Positions 8,822 to 16,755 of a DNA stretch of 41,926 nucleotides are shown here, piece after piece. Numbering within the stretch: the stretch's first letter is position 1; each line of letters begins with the position of its first letter. The translations under genes were made by a program, and so were the position numbers. The notes beneath the pieces were generated by a model that was not told where the DNA came from, did not search any database, and worked only from the letters and a program-made list of their open reading frames with translations. The stretch is from Acidimicrobiales bacterium (GTDB lineage: Bacteria; Actinomycetota; Acidimicrobiia; Acidimicrobiales; RAAP-2): NCBI GenBank assembly GCA_017883105.1, contig JADGOF010000001.1:1-41926 (forward strand), given 5' to 3'.

Positions 8822-9138
8822 GCGGCACCCCTGTCGGTCGGGGTTGACGTTGCCGGTCCGATCGTCGCGTACGGATCCGACTGCCCGCTGGGCTTCCAAG
8901 GTCTCAAGTGCGGACCCGGACGCAGCGCTCCGATTCCGTCGTCCTCGCGACGTGGGACCCGCTGCGTCCGCTGGGCGCGGGAGGAGAGAGGCAGAGGATC
9001 GTCGTCAGCGCCGAGGACGGCGATCGGGGGCTCGTGTGCCGGTGGGCTCTCGAATCCGACAATCGACCCGGGGGCATCCCTGACGGTCGGTCGGTCGGCA
9101 TGGAACTGGTCGGTCGTGAAGGAGTTCATGTCGGCCAC
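8818..9138 (-). CDS. Hypothetical protein, first gene of the HTH operon
   Basis: 106-aa ORF (GTG 9138 or ATG 9129). Its stop overlaps the start of the HTH gene (ATGA). No recognised domain; Pro/Arg-rich, so coding status is less certain. Confidence 0.4.
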   Translation of the reverse strand: MADMNSFTTDQFHADRPTVRDAPGSIVGFESPPAHEPPIAVLGADDDPLPLSSRAQRTQRVPRREDDGIGALRPGPHLRPWKPSGQSDPYATIGPATSTPTDRGAA

Positions 9139-9149
9139 GATGACGGTCG

Positions 9150-9418
9150 GGGCTCACAGATCCCCTCATCAAATGGCTCACAACCGGAGAAAGTTCGATA
9201 AATCCCGTTCGGCGGCCAAAGTGCCAGGTCGGAGACCCGCCGACTCCGGATGATTACGAAGTCCCAGCTCAAGGGGCTCACAAATCTTGTTGTGAGGGGT
9301 TCGCAACGCGGGAGCTGATCTGGCTCTCCGGACCCACGCTGACGGGGCGCCGCGACGTCGAAGTCGACGTCATGGCAGCTCAGGGGGCTCACAACTCAGT
9401 TTGTGAACCCCTCACAAA
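9150..9418. repeat. Iteron array I: GGGCTCACA(A/G) direct copies plus inverted copies
   Basis: Direct copies at 9150-9159, 9174-9183 (tGGCTCACAA), 9274-9283 and 9385-9394. Inverted copies TTGTGAGGGG at 9290-9299 and TTGTGAACCC at 9401-9410. CCCTCACAAA at 9409-9418. Confidence 0.75.
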
Positions 9419-9786
9419 CGTGTCGGGGCGCGTCGCGGTCGAAGCGGCCACCGCCGATCTCGCCGTGCCGCATTCGGCGGGGAACCACGCCGACGCCGTT
9501 CGGCGCTCGGCGTGAGGGACCTGGTGCGGCATTCCGGTTGGTGGACCCGTTCGACCCTTCAGTTGGTTTCACACCGTTGCCAGCCGTCAAACGTCGCTCC
9601 GGAATACGGCTCGACCCCGGAAGTCGCCGGCACGCCGGCGCCAGGGTCGGCCTTTATGTCCTCGCTCGACCTTCGGCCGCCCCTTGACTGCTGGCTCCGG
9701 CGTGGGCAATCGGCTTCCAGCGATTGATGACGGACCAGGCGGGGCGAGAAGCGCCCCACCCGTCACCAATCACAAGGAGAACAGCC

Positions 9787-10205
9787 ATGACCATCACAAC
9801 CACCACCATCGTGGGCAACCTGACCAGGGACCCGGAGATCCGCTACACCCGGGACGGCCAGGCCACCACGTCCCTGTCGGTGGCCGTCCACCGCAGGTGG
9901 CAGGACTGCACCACCAAGGAGTGGGAGGAGTCCGCCTCGTTCTTCGACGTCGTCTGCTGGCGTGACCTGGCCGAGAACGTGGCCCTCTCAGCCTGACCAA
10001 GGGCGCACGGGTCGTGGTCGCCGGTCGCCTGGAGCAACGGAGCTGGGAGAGCGACGAGGGGGAGAAGCGGTCCAAGGTCGAGATCGTGGCCGACGAGATC
10101 GGTGCCAGCCTCCGGTTCGCCACCGTGGACATCCACAAGGTCCAGCGCGCAGCCATCGCCGACGAGACCGCCGACGAGCCTGCCGACGAGGCGGCGTCCG
10201 CCTGA
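9787..10205 (+). pseudogene. ssb: Single-stranded DNA-binding protein gene interrupted by a frameshift near 9985-9990
   Basis: AAGGAG RBS 8 nt before the ATG at 9787. MTITTTTIVGNLTRDPEIRYTRDGQATTSLSVAV..FFDVVCWRDLAENVALS stops at TGA 9994-9996. The OB fold continues in another frame (LSLTKGARVVVAGRLEQRSWESDEGEKRSKVEIVADEIGASLRF.. to 10205). Confidence 0.8.
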
Positions 10206-10212
10206 CCGGACC

Positions 10213-10239
10213 GGAGGGGTCGGGACTCCCGACCCCTCC
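10213..10239 (+). terminator. GC-rich hairpin downstream of ssb-1
   Basis: GGAGGGGTCGGGA-C-TCCCGACCCCTCC is a near-perfect 13-nt inverted repeat starting 8 nt after the stop codon. Confidence 0.55.
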
Positions 10240-10464
10240 ACAACCCCCGTTTCTCCACATTTCCCCAGACGTTCCCTTCCGGGCGCCGTTGTGCGACCCA
10301 GTTCTTATGGTGAGCGATCCATCAGCATCCCGACCGGGCCGCTCTCTCCGAGTGGCCCGGTCGTCGTCCGTTGGTGCCCTGCTCGCCCCAGCCCAGTGGT
10401 CCGGCGATCGCCGTCTCCCGGGACCCTGCGATTTCCACCAGCAACCCACAAGAAAGGAACAACG

Positions 10465-10815
10465 ATGAACACTGTGACCATCACCGGCCGCTTCACTGCC
10501 GATCCGGAACTGAGGTTCACCTCCGGGACCGGCAAGGCGGTCGCCACAGTCAGGGTGGCCCTCAACGACCAGGGTCGGGACAAGGCGGTCTTCGTCGACC
10601 TCGAGTCCTGGGAGAAGACGGCGGAGTTCATCGCCGAGTACGGCACGAAGGGCCGCCTCTTCGAGGCAACCGCCCGCCTGGCCCTTGACCAGTGGACCGA
10701 CGCCGAGGGGGGACAGCACTCCAAGCACTACCTCGTCACCGGCCCCTACGAATTCCGGTTCCTGGACAAGGCCACCGGCACCGACGAGCCCGAGGCCCCG
10801 GCCGAAGATGTCTGA
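10465..10815 (+). CDS. ssb: Single-stranded DNA-binding protein (intact, short)
   Basis: 116 aa from the ATG at 10465. MNTVTITGRFTADPELRFTSGTGKAVATVRVALND..AVFVDLESWEKTAEFIAEYGTKGRLFEATARLALDQWTD is a canonical SSB OB-fold pattern with an acidic tail. Confidence 0.85.
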   Translation: MNTVTITGRFTADPELRFTSGTGKAVATVRVALNDQGRDKAVFVDLESWEKTAEFIAEYGTKGRLFEATARLALDQWTDAEGGQHSKHYLVTGPYEFRFLDKATGTDEPEAPAEDV

Positions 10816-10836
10816 TCGGGTGAGTCCAGACCGAAG

Positions 10837-10863
10837 GAGGGGGACCCCATCGGGGTCCCCCTC
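10837..10863. terminator. Bidirectional hairpin between convergent ssb-2 and the regulator gene
   Basis: GAGGGGGACCCC-ATC-GGGGTCCCCCTC is a perfect 12-bp stem followed by TTCT. Confidence 0.65.
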
Positions 10864-10894
10864 TTCTACGTTCCGGCCACAGTTGGCCGGCGGG

Positions 10895-11626
10895 TCAGGC
10901 CACCAGCTGGGTAATGGCGGACCGCCGTTGGCGCCGGAGCTGGGAGACGGGCTCCCCGGCGAGCTCGGACAACTCGGCCATGGTCAGGCCGAGCACACTC
11001 GTGGCGTAGAGCACGGCGGCGTCGGCCGCGGCCAAACCGTCACCGGTCGCCTCGGCGAGGGCATGGGCCAACAGCTCCTCGCCGGACCGATCGCCCCCTG
11101 CTCGGAACACGTCCATGCCTTCGGGGGCCGTGCCTCGCCGGGAGCGGTGGCGCCGCTCAGTCGTCTGGAGGGTCCGGAGTCGGGTTCGGGTCGCAGACAG
11201 CAGGTCGCCGGCGGCGTAGGGGCGCACCGTCCCGGTCCACACGGTGATCTGCTCCCAGAGGCACGAGATGGCGTCGGAAAGGAAGCCGTCGACGTCCTGC
11301 CACGGACCTTCGGAGATGTCGAACCGTTTCACCAGCGCCAGGACGCCGGGAAGGAGTGCCTGGACGATGGCCCGGGGGACGAGCTCGTCGGTCCCGGCCC
11401 TCGCCAGCATGGCGGCGATCACCGTGGCCGCCTCGTTACGGGTGAGGCGACCTGCCGCAGGCGACAGGGCGGCGACCAACCCGGCGAGGTCGTCGGCATC
11501 GAGTCGGGCGATCGCCGGCTCACTGTCGGCCAGGCGCAGATAGGCGGTGCGCGACGGGGGAGCAGTACCGAGGACCTGCCATTCACGTCGGAGCCGTCGG
11601 GTCGTGGGGGTGTCCATGGCCGACAC
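10895..11626 (-). CDS. Putative regulator with a sigma-70 region-4-like C-terminal HTH
   Basis: 243 aa (GTG 11626 or ATG 11617). The C-terminus ..LGLTMAELSELAGEPVSQLRRQRRSAITQLVA resembles a region-4/LuxR-type HTH. Monocistronic between iteron array II and the hairpin. Confidence 0.55.
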   Translation of the reverse strand: MSAMDTPTTRRLRREWQVLGTAPPSRTAYLRLADSEPAIARLDADDLAGLVAALSPAAGRLTRNEAATVIAAMLARAGTDELVPRAIVQALLPGVLALVKRFDISEGPWQDVDGFLSDAISCLWEQITVWTGTVRPYAAGDLLSATRTRLRTLQTTERRHRSRRGTAPEGMDVFRAGGDRSGEELLAHALAEATGDGLAAADAAVLYATSVLGLTMAELSELAGEPVSQLRRQRRSAITQLVA

Positions 11627-11637
11627 GATGAACGTGA

Positions 11638-11904
11638 GGGTTCACAGATCCCCTCACAGAACCCCTCATCACCGAAGATTTCCGAATTGAGCGCCGTCGG
11701 CGACGCGATCGTCCGCCGCGGTGGGCGAGCGAGCCAAGAACGGGCATACGCCCAGCCCAGAGGGTTCACAAATTCTGTGGCGGGCCCGATCACAGACTCG
11801 AGGCAGGGTTCACAAGTTCGACGCCTCAACCTGCCGGCGGATGTGCCGGAAACGGCATCGGCGCAGGTGGGAGGGTTCACAAAATCGCCAGGGGGGGTTC
11901 ACAA
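11638..11904 (+). repeat. Iteron array II: five direct copies of GGGTTCACA(A/G)
   Basis: Copies start at 11638, 11762, 11806, 11873 and 11895 (spacings 124, 44, 67, 22 bp). Degenerate CCCTCACAGA/CCCTCATCAC copies lie at 11651-11674. Confidence 0.8.
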
Positions 11905-12251
11905 ACGGCGAATCACCTCAATCGCGCTCCGTGCCCCTTCCCCTTCGGTGCGAACAATCGCCCGGCACGCCGACCGCCGCCGGACGGCGGCCGGCAATGC
12001 GATGGGCGCCGCGGAACGCTGTGCCTTCGTGCTCACCCAGCTCGGAGAGGACATACGGCCTGGCCACAGCGTCCGTTGTCGCCATGCTTCGACGCAGCTG
12101 AGCGGCTCCACCGAAGTGTTCGTCGCGTCCCGACGCAGGGGAATCGTCGGAAACTTCAGAAGAACGGAAAGCCCGGAGGGCTCGCTCTCCAATTGCCCGT
12201 CGCTCGGACTGCACTCGTTCGCGGGGCTGCGGAAGAGCGGGAGCAAGATGG

Positions 12252-12272
12252 ACGATCCGCTAAGCGGATCGT
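12252..12272 (+). promoter_or_regulatory. Perfect 9-bp inverted repeat upstream of mobC (oriT hairpin candidate)
   Basis: ACGATCCGC-TAA-GCGGATCGT lies ~70 nt upstream of the mobC-like start, in the 440-bp gene-free stretch after iteron array II. Confidence 0.3.
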
Positions 12273-12342
12273 GGCGGCGTTGCCGTTGGCCCCGGTCAGG
12301 ACCTGTCCCCGAGGTCTCCTCGTGGTCGCTGCGCTGGCGGAA

Positions 12343-12810
12343 ATGAAGCGGTCAGTGACCGACACAGCCGGCGACGGCGTGAGGGTGATCACCGGGAGCG
12401 CGGCTCGGATGAGGCGATCTCCCGGGGGGCGGAGCCGGGTGCTCTTTGTCCGCCTCACCGAGGAGGAAGATCGGCAAATCCGTGACCTAGCCGCGAAGGC
12501 GGGCCTCTCCGGCCAACGGTTCCTCGTCGAGGCCGCACTGTCTGGTTCGGCCGAGAGCGCAGCGACCCTTCGCCAGGCAGCGGTCGAAGCACGGGCCACC
12601 CGGGTCGTCCTGAAGGGTGTGGCGAACAATCTCAACCAGCTGACGAAATGGGCGAACGCCAACCATGCCCTCCCTGCCCATCTCGATCGCCTGTTGGACG
12701 ATCTCGGCCGGGCGGTCATGGCCGTGGAGCAGTCGGCTGCAATGCGCGGCATGGCGGCCGGTGGGGACGTGCCAACGATTGATGCCGGGACTACGGAGGG
12801 GCCGCGATGA
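12343..12810 (+). CDS. mobC: MobC-family relaxosome accessory protein
   Basis: ..RVLFVRLTEEEDRQIRDLAAKAGLSGQRFLVEAAL.. and ..VLKGVANNLNQLTKWANA.. form the characteristic MobC (GxxNNLNQLA) pattern. The stop overlaps the relaxase start (ATGA 12807-12810). Start uncertain (ATG 12343; the ORF is open from 12076). Confidence 0.8.
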   Translation: MKRSVTDTAGDGVRVITGSAARMRRSPGGRSRVLFVRLTEEEDRQIRDLAAKAGLSGQRFLVEAALSGSAESAATLRQAAVEARATRVVLKGVANNLNQLTKWANANHALPAHLDRLLDDLGRAVMAVEQSAAMRGMAAGGDVPTIDAGTTEGPR

Positions 12811-14321
12811 TCGCCAAAGTCACCCAAGGGGCAAGCGGCCGGGCTCTCCTCCGCTACCTCTTCGGGCCGGGCCGGGCGAACGAGCACACCGATCAGCGGG
12901 TGATCACGTCAGGAATCGTGATGGGAGTGGAGGAGGGGCGGGCCCTGACTGCGGCCGAGATCGCAGACCTGGGTACAGCACTCGAGGCCGCCAATGACTC
13001 CTATCGAACCAATCCCGCCAATGGGCACATCTGGCACCTCTCGCTCTCGCTCCCTTCCACTGATCTCCAACTGACCGACGACCAGTGGGCAGAAATCGCC
13101 CACAAGGCCGTGGAGGCCATCGGATTCGAGCGTGAGGGACTGGAGCCCGCCGCGTGGGTGGCCGTGAGGCACGGAACAAGCTCCACCGGCAACCAACACA
13201 TCCACATAGCGGCGTCGCTTGTCCGGGTTGATGGCAGCAGGGTGGACATCTGGCAGTCCAAGCGGACCCTCTCCCGAATGTGTGCCGAGATCGAGCACGC
13301 CTATGGCTTGACCCTCGTCGAGGGTCGAGAGGGCCGGGGAGTGCCTGGGCTGAGCAGGGCCGAACTGGAGCGGACCGCACGAGAGCAGCGGGCAGAGCCT
13401 CCACGGCTCACCCTGGCCCGCATGGTGCGGGAGGCATCGGTCGCCTCCAAGGGCGAGGCCGAGTTTGTCCGACGGCTCCGAGGGAGTGGGGCCCTCGTGC
13501 GGCCCCGCTTCGAGCCCGGGGGGAAAGAGGCGGTGGTCGGCTACTCGGTGGCACTCAGGATAGGGGATGGTGACAAGCCGATCTGGTTCGGCGGCGGGAA
13601 GCTGGCAAAGGACCTGACGTTGCCCAACCTGCGACAGTTCTGGGAGCAGTCAGGAGGGGAACGGAAGTCAGCGGTCGTCGAATGGGCCGCCACCAGGTCG
13701 GGTTTGCTGGGCAGAGAAGCCGTGCTTGGTGACCCGGAGGACTGGCAACGGGCGGTAGTGGGCATCGAGAGGTCGGTCGGAAGACTGATTGCCGTACCGG
13801 TGTCCGACCTCGCTGCGTGGAGGGGGGCGGCACGAGAAGCCGCCGGGGTGTTTTCCGCTTTGTCGAGACGCTTCGAGGGAGACAGCCCCGGACCGATGGC
13901 GGATGCTGCAGAGGCGTTGGGTCGATCGGCACAGAGCCGACCAGAGGATCCACCGCCGAGCCGGGCGGCTGTTCGTGACTTCCGGGGGATAGCGGCGATC
14001 GTGGCGCAATCCGAACTAGGGAACGACTCTCCGATTGCCTGGGCGATGTTGCTCAGCCAATTGGGAAGAACGCTCGACGCCATCGGTGATGCCCATGCGG
14101 TCCGAGGTGAATCGCAGATGGCGAAGACGCTCGGGGAGCGTCTGTCGGCTGAGATCCTCGAGCTGCACGGACGATTTGAGGCAAGCTCGAGCCAGGGTCT
14201 GCATCCCGGTGAGCAGACGCAGGACGCTCGCGCCGCTGCAACGATGCACGAGATCCCTAAGAGCCAACCCGGACGTCATCGCAGCCGCGGGCAAAACCAA
14301 GCTCGCAGCATCGAGCGCTGA
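12807..14321 (+). CDS. Relaxase / mobilisation nuclease (MobA/VirD2-type domain)
   Basis: 504 aa. N-terminal MIAKVTQGASGRALLRYLFGPG.., ..HIWHLSLSLP.. and the histidine triad region ..VRHGTSSTGNQHIHIAASLV.. are typical of the relaxase/mobilisation nuclease domain. Confidence 0.9.
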   Translation: MIAKVTQGASGRALLRYLFGPGRANEHTDQRVITSGIVMGVEEGRALTAAEIADLGTALEAANDSYRTNPANGHIWHLSLSLPSTDLQLTDDQWAEIAHKAVEAIGFEREGLEPAAWVAVRHGTSSTGNQHIHIAASLVRVDGSRVDIWQSKRTLSRMCAEIEHAYGLTLVEGREGRGVPGLSRAELERTAREQRAEPPRLTLARMVREASVASKGEAEFVRRLRGSGALVRPRFEPGGKEAVVGYSVALRIGDGDKPIWFGGGKLAKDLTLPNLRQFWEQSGGERKSAVVEWAATRSGLLGREAVLGDPEDWQRAVVGIERSVGRLIAVPVSDLAAWRGAAREAAGVFSALSRRFEGDSPGPMADAAEALGRSAQSRPEDPPPSRAAVRDFRGIAAIVAQSELGNDSPIAWAMLLSQLGRTLDAIGDAHAVRGESQMAKTLGERLSAEILELHGRFEASSSQGLHPGEQTQDARAAATMHEIPKSQPGRHRSRGQNQARSIER

Positions 14322-14359
14322 ACGCTGGGGTGCTCCGGCCTTTCGGCCACCGCGTTTAG

Positions 14360-14525
14360 CCCGACGCCGAGGGTGCTTGCGAAACGCGAGCGCACGCGTA
14401 GGTGCCGATATGTGCTGTTCGGTGAGGTCGCAACCATGTTGTACCGCGCCGGAATTCTGTGCGCGCGTTCGTTACCTCCGGGATGATCTCACTCACGAAC
14501 CCGGATCCGAGCGGGCATCGCTAGA
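14360..14525 (+). repeat. Intergenic repeat family, copy D (with internal insertion)
   Basis: CCCGACGCCGAGGGTGCTTGCG-AAA-CGCGAGCGCACGCGTAGGTGCCGATATGTGC.. is near-identical to copy C over ~45 nt. It continues ..GAATTCTGTGCGCGCGTTCG.. and ..TCCGAGCGGGCATCGC. Confidence 0.65.
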
Positions 14526-14675
14526 ACCGCTTCGTTATGTGAAGGCACGACTTGGTGAGAACGATTGGCATTTGGGGTGACGTTCCAGTTTGGAGCGGGT
14601 CCGCGCGACCGATGGACGGGCAGCAACGAGCCGGACCCGAACCCTTGCGGACGAACTTGTGCCTACGCTTGAGCC

Positions 14676-15611
14676 ATGCGGCTCAACACCGAGGAACGGC
14701 GCCGGCTCCGCCTCATGGAGTGGCTGATCGAACAGGATCCAGGGCTGCAGAGCGTTGGACCGCTCTACGAAGGCCAGCCCCGCTCGTTCGACCTTTCCCG
14801 GGGAGACGTGAAGCACCTCGAGGCGGACGGCTTCGTGACCAGCTATTTTGCCGGCGGCATGCTCGCCCGAGCCGAGGCGACCTCCGACGGCCGTGCCTGG
14901 TTCGACGATATTCGAGTCCATCGGGACAACAAGATCGAGCGGCGGTGGGCTTGCCGAATGGGACTCGTCGAGTGGCTCGACCACGTCGGTGCCGCCTCTG
15001 TGCGCACGCTCGCGGCGCTGGATGGTTTTGGCGGAGACGTGCGCGCCGACTTCTACGGCCAGCCATTCACTGCTGACGAAATGGACGCTGCCGCCGCTTG
15101 GCTTCGGGACAGAGGTCTCATCGATGGCATTTCCGTGGAGGAGCTCCTCGGGCCGGTCAGAGCCCACCTCACGAACGCAGGCCTCGACTGCGTCGAGAAT
15201 TGCGGCGGGGACGTCCGCCGATATGTATCCGAAAGCGAGCGGGCAAGGCTGGAAGGGCCCAACATCAGAATCACCGCCGGGGGACACGTCCAATTTGCTA
15301 CGGGGTCAGGATCCAACCAGCACATCGAGGTCAACGAGGCCGCGGCGCAGATCCGACTGGAGGTCTCTGGGCTGGTCGAAATTCTAAGAGCCTTGGGCGT
15401 CGCCGACGCCGAAGAACTCGAGGCACTCTACGAAGATGCCGTCGTCGGCCTGAGCGGTGGCGAACCCACGGAGGAACCGTTCCATCGATTCTCTGTCCGC
15501 GCACGCAGCCTTGCCGGGAAGACTGGCAACATCGCTGCGACGGCAGCCGTCTCGACCCTCGTGACCACCCTCGTCACCAACGCTCAGCATCTGATCGCGG
15601 GTTTTCACTGA
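14676..15611 (+). CDS. Hypothetical protein (311 aa)
   Basis: ATG start and GC3-rich codons. The N-terminal half has two similar ..(E/M)WL....G..// L...G(L/F)(I/V).G.. modules (possibly tandem winged-helix). The C-terminal tail is hydrophobic/Thr-rich. No family recognised. Confidence 0.6.
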   Translation: MRLNTEERRRLRLMEWLIEQDPGLQSVGPLYEGQPRSFDLSRGDVKHLEADGFVTSYFAGGMLARAEATSDGRAWFDDIRVHRDNKIERRWACRMGLVEWLDHVGAASVRTLAALDGFGGDVRADFYGQPFTADEMDAAAAWLRDRGLIDGISVEELLGPVRAHLTNAGLDCVENCGGDVRRYVSESERARLEGPNIRITAGGHVQFATGSGSNQHIEVNEAAAQIRLEVSGLVEILRALGVADAEELEALYEDAVVGLSGGEPTEEPFHRFSVRARSLAGKTGNIAATAAVSTLVTTLVTNAQHLIAGFH

Positions 15612-15703
15612 GCACGATGTCCGGCGACGAAGCCGAGTAGGCAGCCGGTCACGACCGAGGATGATCCGGTCTTCCCCGTACCCGAATGACAGAAAGGGCA
15701 CGC

Positions 15704-16396
15704 TTACCCGAGCCAGTACATATGGTCGATCCCCTTCATGGTGACCGAGATGTTCGATGGGAGGCCAGCCGTGGCGAGCGTCTGATAGGTCGCCAAGTAG
15801 CGGAGCGTGTGTTCGAAATAGACAGAGTTGGCTTTGTCCGCCACCATCGCGGCCCGGAGTGGCTTTGCAGCCGCTGCATAGTCAAGACGGTGAAGTCGTG
15901 CGTGCTCATCCGTGTTGCCGTCGAAGATGGGGACGAGATTCGGTGCGGCGGGCCAAAGAAACTTTGATGCGAAGGACGTCGCCCGGCCTGAGTTCGGGAA
16001 CGCACCTTGGAGAATCGTGACGATCGCCTGGTGGGCGATTACGACCGCGGCCATGGCGGTAGCATTTGGCGTCGCGAACGCGGCCAGAGAAGTGACCACA
16101 TCCGTCACGGTCGACCACTGCGACTGGAGTGCCTTGGCGGCAACGAAGTCGGCATTCGAGCCGATCGTCCGATTGAGTTGGGCCCGGTACACCCCGTGCA
16201 TGAACACGACTCGGAGGTGGATGTCCTCGAACGACCCGGAGCTGTGCGTCCGCACTAGGTTGACCAGCTCGGCGTCGACATGCTGCCAGTCGGTCAGATA
16301 CGACGCCCACGCCGACTGGTAACGCTGAGCGAGTGTGGGCTTGGCGAGTTGCGTCACGAATCGCCTCCCATCGAAGCTACGGCCAGCACTCGGCAT
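15704..16396 (-). CDS. Hypothetical protein (230 aa from the internal ATG)
   Basis: ORF open to 16576, but its first 60 codons are Pro/Arg/Gly-rich. ATG at 16396 (MPSAGRSF..) is taken as the start. Convergent with the 311-aa gene. No family recognised with confidence. Confidence 0.5.
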   Translation of the reverse strand: MPSAGRSFDGRRFVTQLAKPTLAQRYQSAWASYLTDWQHVDAELVNLVRTHSSGSFEDIHLRVVFMHGVYRAQLNRTIGSNADFVAAKALQSQWSTVTDVVTSLAAFATPNATAMAAVVIAHQAIVTILQGAFPNSGRATSFASKFLWPAAPNLVPIFDGNTDEHARLHRLDYAAAAKPLRAAMVADKANSVYFEHTLRYLATYQTLATAGLPSNISVTMKGIDHMYWLG

Positions 16397-16589
16397 TCGT
16401 GGATCTGGTTTGGGGGTTAGTACGAAGGTCGTGGGAATCCGCCCACATCGTATGGAGTCTCGCGGTCCACGGCCACCGGGGCCTCCCTGACGCCTCCGCG
16501 GCGAAGGCGGCGACGCTCCCGAATACCGAGACACGCGGGAGAAGGTCAACGGACGGATTGAGTCAGGCGTATCCAAGATGACCCCGGAT

Positions 16590-16725
16590 GTCGGGTTCGA
16601 TATTGCTGCCGGACCAGCTGATGGAGGATGCCGGGAAGGCCGGTCTGCGCTGAGGTCATGGTGGCGGCGGTCGTTCTGGCGCGTCGTTCGGCACTCGAGC
16701 GGGTGCGCTCAATGGCCGCCTGTAG
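16590..16725 (+). repeat. Intergenic repeat family, copy E
   Basis: GTCGGGTTCGAT.. then ..GCCGGTCTGCGCTGAGGTCATGGTGGCGGCGGTCGTTCTGGCGCGTCGTTCGGCACTCGAGCGGGTGCGCTCAATGGCCGCC. Aligns with copy B over ~80 nt. Confidence 0.7.
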
Positions 16726-16755
16726 CAAGGCGCCCGCGATGTGAAGACAGCGAAG

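Noticed and set aside
9150-11904. Possibility that the GGG(C/T)TCACAA repeats form a CRISPR array
   Set aside because: The units are only ~10 nt and irregularly spaced (22-124 bp). They are partly inverted, split into two arrays flanking genes, and no cas genes are present.
10685-12346. 553-aa plus-strand ORF spanning the regulator gene, iteron array II and the oriT-candidate region
   Set aside because: Gly/Arg/Pro-rich translation with no motifs. It is antisense to a better-supported gene and crosses obviously non-coding repeats. Long spurious ORFs of this kind are typical of high-GC DNA.
15704-16576. Full-length 290-aa version of the minus-strand ORF
   Set aside because: The first 60 codons are Pro/Arg/Gly-rich and run into repeat copy E territory. 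The internal ATG at 16396 is preferred.
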